Counted from the stretch's first letter, positions 1 through 14,555 are shown. The stretch: 64,000 nt of DNA from Cycas panzhihuaensis (GCA_023213395.1 CM041465.1:250239741-250303740), one strand, 5' to 3'. Program-made: numbers and translations. Notes: generated from the letters alone by a model not told the origin.

Positions 1-450
1 AAAGGCTAGGGAAATATAAATGTCCCAACCTTTCATGCCACTAATGAATCTTATTTACTACCCCTGTAGTTAAATATGCTCTTTGGTTTATAGACTTACC
101 TAAGAGCCTATAAAAATGGATTTTACTTATTCCCTCTACAATTGTTTAACCCTCATGATCATTGATAATTTCCTTCCCATCTTTAAAGAGAACACTCATC
201 CCATTGTCCTTTATCTAACTGATAGAAATCAAAATTTTCTTTAATCTAGGTATGTACAAAACATCTTCCATATAATAATCATTACACTCTAGAGCTATAA
301 TTAAAACTTTCCCAATGATTTTAATAGTTAATATTTTATTATGTCCCAGAGATTTAGTATGGCCGAATGCCTCCCACATGTACTTAAACTAGTCAAGCTT
401 GCCTGTCATGTGTTTGGAAGCACCTGAATCTATATACTAGACATTATTAT
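1..450 (-). mobile_element. Ty1/copia fragment (protease + GAG-pre-integrase), runs off the window start
   Basis: Minus-strand translation gives V*YIDSGASKHMTG (~401-442, copia aspartic protease) and WHERLGHLYFPSL (~2-40, GAG-pre-integrase motif). Confidence 0.85.
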
Positions 451-492
451 ACCTTGTATTATGTGTTGTTATACTCTATTATATGACAGGGA

Positions 493-997
493 TTTTCTTT
501 TCTTTTCTTAGAAAACTATTATATGATAAAGAATTTTTATAATAAAACTGATTAACCAAATAGGGGCATTAAGGGGTTTTGCCTAATTAATCATTTGATG
601 TATTGAATAGGCCTTAAATGAGTTATTTGATATAAAACTACTTCTTCTTGGTAATTTTAATCACTTATGTTTGGTTTATCTAATATTAGGTCTTTTCATT
701 TGTAAAGAAATTAATGGTATAAACTTTTAGATCAACCTAGTTCTGCTAGTATTTTTGGTTTGTAACATTTGTAGATACCACTCATATGTATCCACTTAGA
801 TTTTTTAGTATTTTATGGATTGTATCTCATTTTAATTCTAAAAATCTAGAATATTATTATCTTCCATCTCCTTTAAATAATTTTCCTTTTACTTATAACC
901 CTATTTTTTTTTTCTTTCTCTTTTAATTGCACCTTGATATTTTTCTTAGCTTTTTTTATACCCTAGAAATGTTCTTTAAGAGCTCTTTTAGTGATTA
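493..997 (+). repeat. Truncated 5' LTR of the Tat element
   Basis: Co-linear, transition-rich match to ~8377-8886 (shared e.g. ttgtaacatttgtagataccactcat); cut at 998 by a copia LTR. Confidence 0.8.
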
Positions 998-3400
998 TGT
1001 AGAAAAATAAAATTGATAGAAAATAATAATGTACAAATGAAAAGAACAATAGATACTAGGATCATAATTGTGCCCTTAAGGTACCTTAACTTAAATTAAG
1101 ACCATAAGAATATTGTTATAACAATATTTAAATATAAAACATTGAGTGTGTATTTATTATATATAACATGGCTATGTGTGGGACCTACCATTAAATATTA
1201 ATATCGTAATAAAATGAATTGTATAAATATATATTATAGATTTACTTCATAAAGCATAAACCAAGCTATTCTAACACTCCCCCATAATGTACATTTGGAA
1301 ACACATAAGTTTCTTTGAATTTATAATGCTTGATCTTCAAAAATATCTTAAAAATAATATATAAAACTTAGTTTTCAATTTGAATTTTAACTTGTTTTCG
1401 TTGTATCAACTCTTGAATGTAGTAATGATACTTGATCTTGATATGCTTTATTCTTGTTTGTAAAATTGAGTTCTTCATCATAGATATAGTATTTTAATTA
1501 TTATGTTGAATCTCTATAAGTTCATTCTAATTTTGATGTAGATCTTGGAATATCTCTCTAAAATTAACTAATTTATAAACATTTGTTTTAACTTCTTTAT
1601 ATTTTGCCTTAGGTTCATCATTTTAAATCACTTGAGATGTCATCATTCTCTTATCAAAATCTAGATCAAGAATAGCTCTTGGATTAGGCTCAATAACAAT
1701 ATGTATATCTTCATCAACTTGCAAATCCTTTTTATTATTTGAATAATTAGAATTATTTTTAAAATTTATGTCCTTAAATTTGATTTAACATTTGAAATAA
1801 GAACTTTAATTAAATTTGAATCATTAGTAACATCAAGATATATAAGTAAATTTCATTCATATTCAACTTTAAATACAATCTCCTTTAAAATAATAGGAAC
1901 ATTTATAAAAATGAGTAAAGAAACTTTAATGTCTAGAATTACTTGATCACAATCATCAGTAGATTCTTTACATCTAATAATAGGTTCATCACACTCAACA
2001 TACTCAATAGTAATAATATCATGAATAGTCTCATTAGATTCAATAATGCATTCAATAATAGTCTCTTCATATTTAGTAGTAGATCCATTGACAATATTTT
2101 TAACTATGTTCTCTTGATATACCTTTTCATTATGTTCTTAACATACGTTCTAAATATGTTCTTGATATAATTTTCCAAGATGTTATTAATATACATTTTT
2201 AATATGAACTTCTATATTTACTTGAGAATCTTGATTTTACAAATTTGATTGAATATATACTTGAGAATACATGTATATTTTCCTCAATATTTTATCAAAC
2301 ATACATTTTAAAATATCTCATATTTTCTTGGTAGTAGAAATATAATATATGTATGTTACATCCTCATTTAAAATAGAATAAGTCCAACTAAATGCATTAT
2401 TATCTTTCATTTCAAGTTCCTCTGTTTCCTTTTCTTGGGTAGGTATTAACTAAGTAGTAGGATAAGTAGGTATTGAAACTTTATATCCTTGAGAAACAAA
2501 ATCCCACAAGTCATTTGAAATCAAATAAGGTTTTATGCCTTTTGACTACTCTAAATAATTTTTCCCACTAAACCTCACTAAGTTTAAAAAACCTAAAATA
2601 TCTAAAAGAGATATCATCTTCCAAATAAAAATCAACCAATTGTGGGTATGAGTAAGTGCACAGATCACATCATAGTTAAGATATATTAACCTATATCTCC
2701 TTTCTCTTAAATTTATGACCTCCTTCTTACTAATCAAATGAACAACAAAAAGTGAAAAAATTCACCTCCAATACATTCAAGATAGGCCACATAGCCACAT
2801 AAATCTATTAATAAGATGGAAGTAATCTTATTCTTAATTTTATGGACCTCCTTCTACTTACTAGTCTTTTATATGATTCAATATACAAATTATAATAAAT
2901 TTCTTAAAAGATATTTTATAATAACCTTCTAGGATTTAAAATTTAGTTTCCCTAAGGTCAAGAAATAGGTCGTAAAATGATGTAAAATATGTAAAAAAAA
3001 AATTATTTGATTACCTTCAAAGATCTAGTATAAAGGCTTAACTTTATACTAAAATTTCTCTATGAAAATAGTACCAAACTATATCAAATCATATACCAAA
3101 ATGATTGGATTTGAGTTAAGATTCCAATGGTTTAGATAGTTTAAAAAATAGACTCCTAAAACTCAAGATATTAAAGAAAATGCATAAGTACCATTTTGAA
3201 GAAAATAAAACTAGGCACTAGGACTTTAACACTTCTGACTACTTAGTAGCTGGTCATATGGACTAAACAAGTGATCAGGGGATAAATCTCTTGGGGGATA
3301 ATAGACTTCAAATGAAATTTCGATCTAGTAGAGGCTAATAAAGGCTCTTTAAGAAGAGAGAGAACCTCATCCAAATCATCAAATTCTAGACAAAATTATT
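998..3400 (-). mobile_element. Internally deleted copia derivative (gag N-terminus, acidic spacer, RNase H, 3' LTR); 5' LTR missing
   Basis: LTR 998-1276 (tgtag...ctaaca) followed by PPT complement ctcccccata. RNase H remnant TISMMKNSILQTRIKHIKIKYHY (~1420-1490). Gag N-term RFSGKNYLE*SKGIKPYLISNDLWDFVSQGY (~2485-2575). No RT or INT seen between them. Confidence 0.7.
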
Positions 3401-6400
3401 CCCGTTACTATCATACCTTTGAGGTATAAGGATTCTCTATTTTATATTTATCTAAATATTCATGATGATTTCATATTACATAATTATATTATGGACACTT
3501 GGGCTTCATTTAATGTTATGTCCTATATTGTAACAAAGGCTTTTGGCCTTAAAGCGATGAAACCTACTCAATAAGTAATAACTCTAGACTCTAGACCAGT
3601 GACTATAGTGGGTGAAATTAAAGACCTAATGGTTCTCCTTATTGCCTATTCTAGAATCACAATACTAATTTTGATGTTTGTCGATATGCTTCTAATGTAT
3701 GGCACATTGCTTGGAAGAAAGTAAGTATATAATACAGCAATTATTCCTAATATGAGAATGGGTAATATTATATTCCCATTTGGTAGAGACCTCATCACTA
3801 TACTAAGGATAGATTTATGAGCCATGGGGAAAGTAGAGGAGATGTATCAACAAATTTATATTTTGATCTAAGCAATCTAAGCACATATATAACCTTGATT
3901 AAATTTGAAGTTAATGCCTTACAAACTACAGAAGAGTAATAATATCATGCAAAGATGAAAAGATAGGGTTTAATCTAGAAGATATGCTTTAATGGTGAAC
4001 TAAATCCAAGAAAGGAATAAAAGTATCATTCTACAATCCCTTGATGGTGAAACTTTCCCTTTTTCTTTAAGTTATTGGTTAAGAATTATAATAACACTAT
4101 TGAGTATGAAGCTCTAATTTTGGGACTACTTAAAGCTTTAGATATACAAGTTAAACTATTGAAAATCTAGGGAGATTTAGATCTACTTATAAATTAGTTT
4201 AAGAATCTATATTCTACTAAATGTACTAGATTAAAAATACATAAAGAGTTTAGAACCTTCTAAAATAATTTAAAGCCATTACAATAGAGCATGTCCCTAA
4301 GGAAAGTAATTAATTTCTTGATTCCCATATAGTCACTACCTTATTACTTGATGTAACTAATAACTCTCCCAATAAAATAGGATTTTTTAAGCTTATTATT
4401 AGGAATTCCATACTAAATAACATTAACCATTAGTAGGGATTCTAAGATGATGAGTAGATCTTGGACTTTATGCAAGGATAAATGACTAGAAAGCTTGAAG
4501 GTATTATCTTAGATGAAGAATGTATCTAACTAAAGATAATCAAGATCCCTAAGAGGGTAATTTATTTAGAGTTACTACTTGACTCCAATGATACAATAAA
4601 AAGTGAGATAGCTTAGGAGGAATTCTCAAAAAGAATTATCCAAAAGAATGTTTCCATCAATTTGAATTATCTTGAGGATACCAAGATTACCTATAATGCT
4701 CTAAAATATATAGAAGAAGAGAAGAAGAAATTTAATAAGCTTTATATTAAAAATAATCATATATTTTCTTAGACTTATGAAGACCTTAAGAGCTTTAACC
4801 TTGAAATTATCTAGCACCATTCCTCTCAAGCTAGTGATGAATCCTTTTAGGCAAAAATAGATGTTCTTAACATTAAAATAAAAAAATGATTTAGAATGAA
4901 CTATAAAGCTTAGAGATACAAAGATTATCTTTCCACCTAGAAATTCAACTTGGGTCGCAAGTTTGGTGTCCATAATACTGAAGAATGGCAACATCAGACT
5001 CTATGTAGACATAAAAAATTTAAATAAGGATTTTATTCAATATGACCAAGATGGAGAAATTTTTTTAAATGGTTATTGGTTTAGAATTTATATCATTATT
5101 AGATGGCTTTTCTGGTTATAACCAAATTTCTATAGCTGAGGAATCCATGCATAAGATAACATTCACTATGGTCTAGGGTATATTTTCTTACAAAAAGGTA
5201 GCACCTACATTGATTAACCCAAAGGGATTAATTGTGGTCATCATTGTTATCTATCTAAATGACATGAGTATTTTCTCTAAGAAAAGAATAAACCATTTTA
5301 AGCATTTGAGAATAATGTTCCAATGATGTAAATAATATGGGATTTTACTTAACCCTAAGAAAATTATATTTAGGGTTACTAGGACATATTATCACTAAGG
5401 ATGGAATATGCATTAAACCTAACATAGTTAAATCCATTAAAGAAGTGACTCTGCTAACCAACAAGAAAGGAGTTTAATCTTTCTTTAGAAAGATAATTTT
5501 TTTAAGAAGATATATCCCTAATTTTACAAGAATAACTTTGTCAATTAGTACCTTATTATATAAAGATATAGATTTTAAATGGATGAAGGAGGCCAAAGAT
5601 GCCTTTTATCAAATCAAAGGATGGATTACTCATGCCCCTACATTAGAAAACCGTAACTATAAAAAGAATTTTATTACATACTCTCATTCTTTAGAAGGTG
5701 CTTATGTAGTAATATTAGTTCAAAAGGACAATAATAATAGAGAAAAATGAATCTCTTTTATGAACATGTCTTTAAAGGATTACCAACTAAAATAATCACA
5801 TTAAGAAATAGGCATATACCGTAGTATAGATAAAAAAGATTTCAAACCCTATATTATTAATAGGCATATTATGTCTTATATGGTATAGTCCCTACTGAAA
5901 ATAATTTTAAATCAAGTAGAATTGATAAGTAGATGGACTAAGTGGTTGGCCAAGATATAAGACTTTATTTTATAGGTAAAACCCACTAAATTAGTAAAAG
6001 GACAAGGATTACATAGGCTAATTTTAGACAACCAAGTAGATAAAATCTTGTAAGTTGCATAGGAACAAGGTGAACAAGACATAGAGGTAAGTGACCTAGC
6101 TTTAACATAATTTATTGATGAACTTGAGGGGTTAGATACCTTCTCGTGAAATATCATGTTTTATATAAAGAATAAATTCTATTATGAATACCTTAATAAA
6201 AGGAGAAGAAGGTCTTTAAAAACTAGATCTAGGCCTTATGTCTTAATTAATAGAAAATTATATAGGAGAGGATATGATGCCATTTTATTGAAATATTTGA
6301 AGAAAGAAGAGGCCATGTAGGTACTTATAGAGTTTCATGAAGGATTATGTGGAGGCTACTTTATAGTGAAGATTATTACTCACTAGATTATTAAAGTAAG

Positions 6401-6483
6401 ATATTTTTAGCCAATCCAAAATCTATCCAACCTACCAAAATTTCTCAAGTAAGTAAAGGTTGGCTTTCCTACCACTTAAACTA

Positions 6484-6484
<1 letters not shown>

Positions 6485-6538
<54 letters not shown>
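6485..6538. repeat. (TG)27 microsatellite inside the Tat integrase
   Basis: Perfect TG run between the PLKL and EK*GLDLI codons. Confidence 0.97.
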
Positions 6539-6541
<3 letters not shown>

Positions 6542-8045
6542 AATAGGGCTTAGATCTTATTAGTCTTATTAAACAAACTTCTAGTAAAGTTACACCTTTA
6601 TATTAACTATAATAAATTATTTTACTAGATGGTTTGAAGTTATTCCTTCTAAAGGAGGAGTCAATACTATAGTGGTGATTAATTTTTTAGAGTAGACAGT
6701 AATGTTAAGGTTTGGGGTACCTACTCAGCTAATATTAGATGATGGGCCAACCTTTATTTTCAAATATATATTAAGATTGTATCATAAGTATGGTATACTT
6801 TTAAATATATCTTTTAACTATTATCCATAGGATAATGGTCTAATAGAGTCCATAAAAAAAAATTCTTAGAATCCTTAAAAGGGTAGTCAAGTAGAGGTAG
6901 AGGGGCTAACATATTAAAATATTTTAAGCACTTTGGGTAGATAAAATAACTGGCAAGTAAGTAATTGGATACTCATTCTATCTATTTGTTTATGGGAAAG
7001 AAGTTATAATGCCTTCTCATCTTGCCTTGGGTAACTTGTAGCTAGATAGATTTTAGGATGAGATTTCACCAATGTCAAAAGGATTATAGGATTTATTAGC
7101 ATTAGATGAGACTAGGACAAATTCAAAAGGAAAATTTCATGAGCATCAAACTAAGGTCAAATAATATTTTGGTAGATCATTTACAAAAAATAATAACTTT
7201 CAAGTTCATGACTAGGTACTAATGTGGGATAAAGCGAAAGAAAAGCCTAGAGCACATAGCAAGCTTGATTCCATGTGGCTTAGCCCTTTGGAAATTATGG
7301 AAAAGATTTAGGATCATACTTTAAGATTATAGAGTTTGGATGAAAAAGTGGTACCTATTCCTATGAATGGGTAATATCTCAAACCTTCTCTTACTTGAAT
7401 CATTAATGCTTTAGTGATTGTATATAGTAGTATAAGAGTTTTCTTAGTTTTTGATTTCTATCAACCCCCTTGGGGTTAATAAAAGTAAGGAGGCTAATTG
7501 TTATCCCCTTTTCTCTTTACTTAAGGGATGTAAATAAATAATACTATGTGGTTGTAATGAATGTTCATATTCTGGAGAATTTGTCAATAGGTTATAGGAG
7601 TTTTAAGACTTAGTGCAAAAAGGGGATTACATCAGAGTAGTGTTTTTTTCATGAAATTATCTAACTTCCAAAGATTTATGACATTAAATAAAGCTTGATC
7701 ACTTCCATAGATGAGATCTCACTACTTTGTAAATGTATGAAGGAAAAACAAGTTGAAAGTCACTCATTTCTAAAATTGTGAGGTGCAATAAAGAAGAAAC
7801 TCATGTTTTTATAATTTCTTAACCATGGTAATGATAAGACATAACTAGACACTTATTTATGAACTTTTGAGCAACTAAATAACAAAGGCATATAATGGTG
7901 CTTAATCCCAAAAATATGAAAATTTGAAACAAAGTGATAAGTAAGATAGTAATTCAATCTCATAAATATGAAATACATAGAAAATATAATAGAGTATATA
8001 TTCAAAGGATAAAATGGTAAACCCATTTAATACACACATGTGAAT

Positions 8046-11000
8046 TGATAGAGGAGTAGAAAATGACCTAGAACAATATTTTCACAACTAATTTATATTC
8101 CAAGCTCACCAAAAAGGCATCAAAATGATTTAGATCTTTAAAGAACTAGATTATCATTACAAATATCATCACCTAACCATATCTTAATATTTAATTCATA
8201 TGGATTAGTTTCTAAACAAATCCAACATAAAGTTCATTGAGATTTAACATGATAGTTACAATGAAAAAAAGATGTAAAAGATAATAAGACAAAGTAGAGA
8301 GGGTTTGGTTAGAAGGATTATTGCTTGAGCTACATAGTATAATTTATATTCTATTTGTTCTTCATTTAGAGTTATTTCTTCTATAATTTTCTTTTCTTTT
8401 GATTAGCAAACGATTACATGACATAGATATTTTAGAATAAGACGTTTAAACAAATAAGGGCATTAAGGGTTTTTGCCCAATTAATCATTTAATGTACTGA
8501 ATAGGCCTTGAATGAGCCATTTGATATAAAACTTCTTCTTCTTAGTAATTTTAAGCACTTATGTTTGGTCTATTTGATATTAAGTCTTTTTATTTGTTAA
8601 GAAATTAATAATGCAAACCATTTGATCAAACTCTATTAGTATCTTTAATTTGTAACATTTGTAGATACCACTCATGTGAATCCACTTAGCTCTTCTAGTA
8701 TTCTATGGATTGCATCTCATTTTAATTCTAGAAACCTAGAACATTATTATTTGCCATCTCCTTTTTATTATTTTCCTTTTACTTACAACTCTATTTTCTT
8801 TTCTTTCTCTTTAAATTATAACTTGACAATTTTTTAACTTATTATATACTCTAAAAATGTTCTTTGAGATCTCTTTTAGTGTTTATTATTTATCTTATAA
8901 ATAATGTATATTAATATATCTATATATACTACAAACTAGTCAATGTATCTTAGAGTTGAACATTATGTTATTGTCCCTTTATCTTGTGTTTGTCCATTTG
9001 AATACTTCACAGACCAAATCCTTCATACAAACCAATATTTGGTGGGTACAAATGCTAGAGTGGTATTTTATCCACTTAACTTGACTAATGTTAATGTGAT
9101 GAATATATTGTCTAAATATTTATAATGTAATTTATTATTGTATGGGCTAATGGATGTAATACGTGAGACACTTATGGATCTATTTAAAGGAATTCAAAGT
9201 CCTTTGTATAGTACACTTTTGTATCATAATAATCAATAATTTTATGGTGGGTTTTTACTAAAAAGTTTCCCATATCAATTTTGCTTTGTGTGCTTGTGGT
9301 GTACATAAAAGATCTATTTTATCTATGGTTTCTAACATGGTATTAGAGCAGATGGTTTTATATAAGTAAGTAGGTGTTGGGTGGATTGTTAGCTCAACCC
9401 TTCACTTAGGATTGACTTCTTCGATAATTGAAAGAGAATCCATAGTTTGTAATAGGTATATAGAGATTCCTAGTGCCCTATATTATTGCAGGTGATTATA
9501 AGCCATCGATCGAGAACTAGAGAAGGTCAATGTGATATCTAGAGGACTACAGAGTTAGGCACTCTTTCTATGGTGTATTCTGTTAAAGGTTAAGTGTAAA
9601 TAAAGAGTGATATCGTGTTGTCTTTACATCATATTCGAATCTAGATATGAGAGTATCATTACAGGTTGTAGATGCAAGAGATTTATATACTCATTTAGCC
9701 ATTGAGGCATAGTCATTGAATGGATGATTGTACTGTCCATATTACCATAAAGATATCACTTAGCTAAAGGATGCCTAAATAGGGATTATTGATTTGCAAA
9801 GACTATAATAACCAATTACTACTTTTATTGCAATCACACCCAACTGTGTTACACTCATAAATAGATACTCTTATATCATTGAAAACCTTGAGGATTCAAA
9901 TTATTGAAAGGTTGAATTCAATGGCATTAGATGGTCACCCTCTTTATGTAGTCCTTATCTTTGCATTATAGATGCCAACTCAAGTGATGTGAGGGGAAAA
10001 TAGTCATAACAAGACAAAGACACCAATTGATCAAGGACATATGACTACTCGTAGATGTAGATAGACGTAGTTCATTGGATATTGTGAAGTTGTAGTATTG
10101 GTTTTTCAAAGGTATTTTTATTAATATTAATCTTTGAGATTATACTAAAGTACATTTTGTATTATATTGTGGGACATTTTTTAGGCATATTTTTTTTCTT
10201 TAAATATTATATGAGGCATCTTTGAATGATATCATGCAATGTTGAATGAGGTGATTATTATCTATTTGAAAAGAATACTGTATTATACTTCATTGAGGCA
10301 AGGCTATTATCACAATGATATTTATAAAGGGCACATTACATTGAGAAAGGACAAATTTCATTATTTTTTCAATGAAGCATAATCTATTAAGATGTATATA
10401 GGTTGATTTGTGAGATAACATGAGAGGTTCTAGGTGGATATCTATTTATATTAATAATTACATCAAACAATTATTTATTATTATTGGAGTTATAGTTGTT
10501 TAATTATTCAATTAGACTTGTCAAGTTCAGATAAGCCTTTCAGTTATGTAGTCTATTGGTTTCTCTATAAGTGGTTATCAGTTTTATTTTTTGAAGCCTT
10601 TATTTTTGAATTATTAAAATGGATTATTTTTTGAGGAATATAGCATATGAGAGGTTATCATAGTGTTCTTGTATTTTCTGATTTTATATCATAGAGAAGT
10701 TAGTTCCTTTGGTTACTTTTAATAGGAATAACTTCAATGAGTAGAAGGCAAATATGGAACTAGTCCTCATGGTAAACTAGCTTTGGGGTATTACTAAATA
10801 CAAAACATTAGTTATTCCCTTGGATGAGAAAGAACATATACATAATAAGGAAAAATACCTTATGGATGTAGGGTTACTTAAGTTATATTTGGTTCTAAAC
10901 CAAAGAGTTTTAGTCTACAACCTCGAAACTTTGTATGAAATCTAGACTAACCTGTGTGAGATGGTTAAAAATTAAAAAAGCTAATCGTCGTGTTACTCTT

Positions 11001-13806
11001 ATAATAGAATTATTGAATTCAAAGGTAGAGAATGAGAATAACATAAGTGCATACTTGAATAAGATCATCGATTTAAAAAATAGGTTGGATAAATTGAAGT
11101 CAAACTCAATTGATGATGCATTTCTATTTGCAATTATCATGTCTAAGTTACTAGATGCATTTGGGACCTTCCAAACTATCTGTGCTAGGGATGAAGTTAT
11201 GGAGGGTGAATTGTTTGAGTCACTAAAGAACTTGATTCTGGTAGAGGACACTAAGCTAAAGCATCATGGAATGCTTGTTGGTTTAAGCTCAAATTAGGCT
11301 TTGGTCATGAAGACACAAAGGAAAGATATTATTCAGGAGGATAAGTCCACACAGAAAATAAATGAGACATCTCAAGAGAAGAAGAAGTTTATAGGTAAGT
11401 GAAATTACTATAAGAAAGAGGGATACAAAGAAAAGAATTGTTGGTTTAAGAAGTAGTATAAGCATAAGGCTAACCAAGATGATAAGGGGAAGAGTGTAGT
11501 ACTGTGTTATATTAGGGTATTAACATTATCAACTGAGTTAAATTAGAAAGACTATTAGATCTTAGTCTCTGGTACATAGAAACATATCACCTATTAGAAG
11601 CAAAACTTTAATGCCTTAGATGTAAATTTAAGTGATGCTAATGTGATTCTTGGAGATTCTCATGTATTTCTTGTAGAAGATGTTAGTTCTATTTCACTTA
11701 TAGGAGGTAAGTTTAATGGAGTTTACTATATAATAAAAATAAAACTTAATCTTCTTTCTACTAGAAAATTTATAAACAAGGTATGAAAATTAAGCTTTAT
11801 AATAATAGATTCATAGTTAAGGATCCTAAGAAGAACTTCTCTATTATTACTACTAGGAGAATGCAAGATAACTTTTAGGTGTTCGAGAAATTTAGAGCCT
11901 AAAAGGATTCTTATACTTTTATTACTAGAGCTAATGATATGAGTAAGTTATAGAACGAGTGTTTGAGATATCTTATCTATAGAAGCATCAACCTTATGTA
12001 TAGGTTGAAATAGTGGTATGTTTACCATAAGTTCCATGTTCAAAAGGAATTTATGAAGGATGTATATATGGGAAGCACCATCATTATCTATTTACTAAAT
12101 ATTATGCTTAAAGAGCAAAGGAGAAGTTGGAACTTGTACATATTGACTTGATATGACCACTATCAAATCATTCTATATCTGGTACTCGATTTATCCTGAT
12201 GTTTATAGATGATTATAGTAAGAAAGCCTGGGTATACTTTTTGAAAAAAAAAGTCTAAAGTATTTGATTATTTTTTTGAATAGAAAGTTAATGTTGAGAA
12301 TGTGTGTGATAAGAAAATAAATATATTGAGAAATAATAATAGAAAGGAGTATGATAATAATACCTTTAATTAGTTCTATCTTGATCATGGTATTAAACAG
12401 GAATTAATCATCCCATATACCTCACAGAAAAATACTATTGCAAAGAGGAAGAAGTGTACCATGATAGAGATGATAAGGTATATGATGTATGCAAAGAATC
12501 TATGGCAAATATTTTAGGTAGAAGTTGTTGTGACAACTATTTATATTTTAAATAGGGTACCTACGAAAGTTATTTATGGTATTACTTCCAAAGCATGTTA
12601 GACCGGTTAAAAAACTTCCATTAATTATTTCAAGGTATTTAAAGGATTACAAACTAGTAAAGACACCATATATAAAGGGCATAAAGCTCCTGAAAGATAT
12701 GGACAAGCCACTTGTAGATGGGATTTTATATCAACAATTGGTAATGAGTTTGATTCACTTAAACTCATACTAGGTCTGATATTACTTATGTTATTAGATT
12801 GGTATTTCATTACATATAGAGTCCCTAAGAGCCTTATTAGATTATTAGAAAGAGGATTCTAAAGTATGTTAAGGGAACACTTAATCTTGCCCTTGAATAC
12901 CTTTGTGGTGGAAAGCCAAACTTGCATGGGTATACTGATGCCAATTAGGGTGGAGATGCAGAAGATATGAAATCAACTATAGGATCCAATTTTGATATTA
13001 GTAATAGATATATATCATGGTATTCCAAAAATCAAACCACCATTATATTGTTTTCTGTAAAGACTAAATACCAAGGACTAAGTATCAGTGCAATGGAAGC
13101 AATATGGTTTTAATGACTTTTGGAGAATCTTGGAACATCTTCTAACGTACGTATTATCCATATTGATAATCATAGTGCTATTCAACTTTTGAAGAATCTA
13201 GAATTTCATGCATGTATGAAGTATATTGAGATCCAACATTATTACATTCGTGAGAAGATTAGATCAAGGAAGTTGCAAGTTGAATTTTATCCTCATGAAG
13301 AATAACTTATAGATGTATTTACCAAAGCTCTTACTGAAGACCACTTCATCAAGATTCATGCAAATTTAGGACTTAGTAAAGTTGTCCTTGAGGGGGAATA
13401 TATTAATAAGGATAAAGACAATGGATAGTCCAGCCCTTAGGAAGACTTCAAGATCCCACATTTACATTAAGGGGGGATGTTAGAGGTATTTTATCCACTT
13501 AACTCAACTGATGTTAATGTGATGTATATATTATATAAATATTTGTAATGTAATTTATTATTATGTGGGTTGATAGATGTAATACATGAGGTACTTGTAG
13601 ATCTATTTAAAGGGATTCGAAGTCCTTCATACAATACACTTTTATATCAATGTAATCAATAAATTTATGGTGGATTTTTATTGAAAGGTTTTCCACATTA
13701 ATTCTGTGCTATATGCTTATTCGTTTGGTGCTGCTTATGTATGTAAATGATTTATTTATTTGTGGTTTCTAATAATAAAGACAAGAGTCAATTAACTCCT
13801 CCTACA
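8046..13806 (+). repeat. 3' LTR of the Tat element (~8046-9052 plus 13775-13806), split by a copia insertion
   Basis: Contains the second copy of 493-997. Ends gtcaattaactcctcctaca at 13806, roughly inverted-complementary to tgatagaggagtagaaaatgac at ~8046. Start coordinate is approximate. Confidence 0.6.
9053..13774 (+). mobile_element. Ty1/copia element with both LTRs, most of RT deleted
   Basis: LTRs 9053-9337 and 13478-13774; PBS tggtattagagc 9338-9349 (tRNA-iMet type); PPT aagggggga 13469-13477; TSD acaaa/ataaa. Gag ORF 10935-11297, integrase ~12100-12640, late RT ORF 12576-12773, RNase H ORF 13120-13305 (IDNHSAIQLLKN..KYIEIQHYYIRE). Confidence 0.93.
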
Positions 13807-13811
13807 GTTAA

Positions 13812-14555
13812 TGTAATACCTCGTTGCCCCTAGCAAAGTTATCACCTGAGGGATAGGTTGGGATGGGATAAGGTTTCTAGGTGCCTTAATATAGGTGGAG
13901 CATACAGGTTAAGATGTAAGTTATTGCATTAAAAACCTAAGGTTAGGCCATAAAGTAGGGTGTGAAGGAATTACTTATGAGTGGATAAGTCTCCTAGTTA
14001 CTAAAGCATTGGTGGAACATATGGTCTAGGTTTAACCCATTAACTTAGGTAATCTTGTTGAGTAAGAGTAGGTACTAGACCATAAGAGGGGATAATAGCT
14101 TGCTATGACAAAGTGGCATGTATGTAGGGAGCTTGATAACTCATGCAAGGAACGTAAGGTAAATGATTAGAATATAAGGTAAGGTAATGTAAGGAATATA
14201 AGTATCTTTGTAGAATATTTAAGTCAACCCTTAGAATATATAAAAGTGTTAGTGGGGTCAAATTAATTCTTGTGAATGGAAAATTTTACTTCATGTAGTC
14301 TTGAAGTATATATCCCTTAGTATTTAATGCTAAATACTTTAATTTTAACCTTATTAGAGAAGCATATATGATAACCAATAAACTAGCCATATTAAATAAA
14401 GATATGACATGGATTTTTACCACTTTTTCTTTCTTGTAATTGTTCACTTAATTTATTTTAGGAAAATAAATCATTTTGACTCACTTTTATTGTTTGCTTT
14501 TCATAAGATTGGTAACATAGTACTATTAAATATTGTTTGATAAGAGGTAACTATA
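13812..14555 (+). repeat. Candidate gypsy-type LTR (unpaired)
   Basis: Starts tgtaatacctc, TATA-like tatataaaag ~14237, possible inverted end gaggtaactata ~14555. No matching TSD or partner LTR found. Confidence 0.35.

Larger units (their letters stand above)
493..13806 (+). mobile_element. Degenerate Ty3/gypsy Tat-clade LTR retrotransposon (PROT-aRH-RT-RH-INT), gag deleted, both LTRs hit by copia insertions
   Basis: Direct repeat 493-997 vs ~8377-8886. Protease LHNYIMDTWASFNVM (3476-3520), extra RNase H NNTIEYEALILGLLKA..GDLDLLIN (4090-4195), RT STWVASLV..NGNIRLYVD and LDGFSGYNQI (5099-5128), RH ~5540-5960, integrase ~6200-7390. Many stops and frameshifts. Confidence 0.8.

Noticed and set aside
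10910-11251. 113-aa minus-strand ORF and similar antisense ORFs (40948, 42262, 42725, 43610, 58632)
   Set aside because: Shadow ORFs opposite retrotransposon gag/pol frames.
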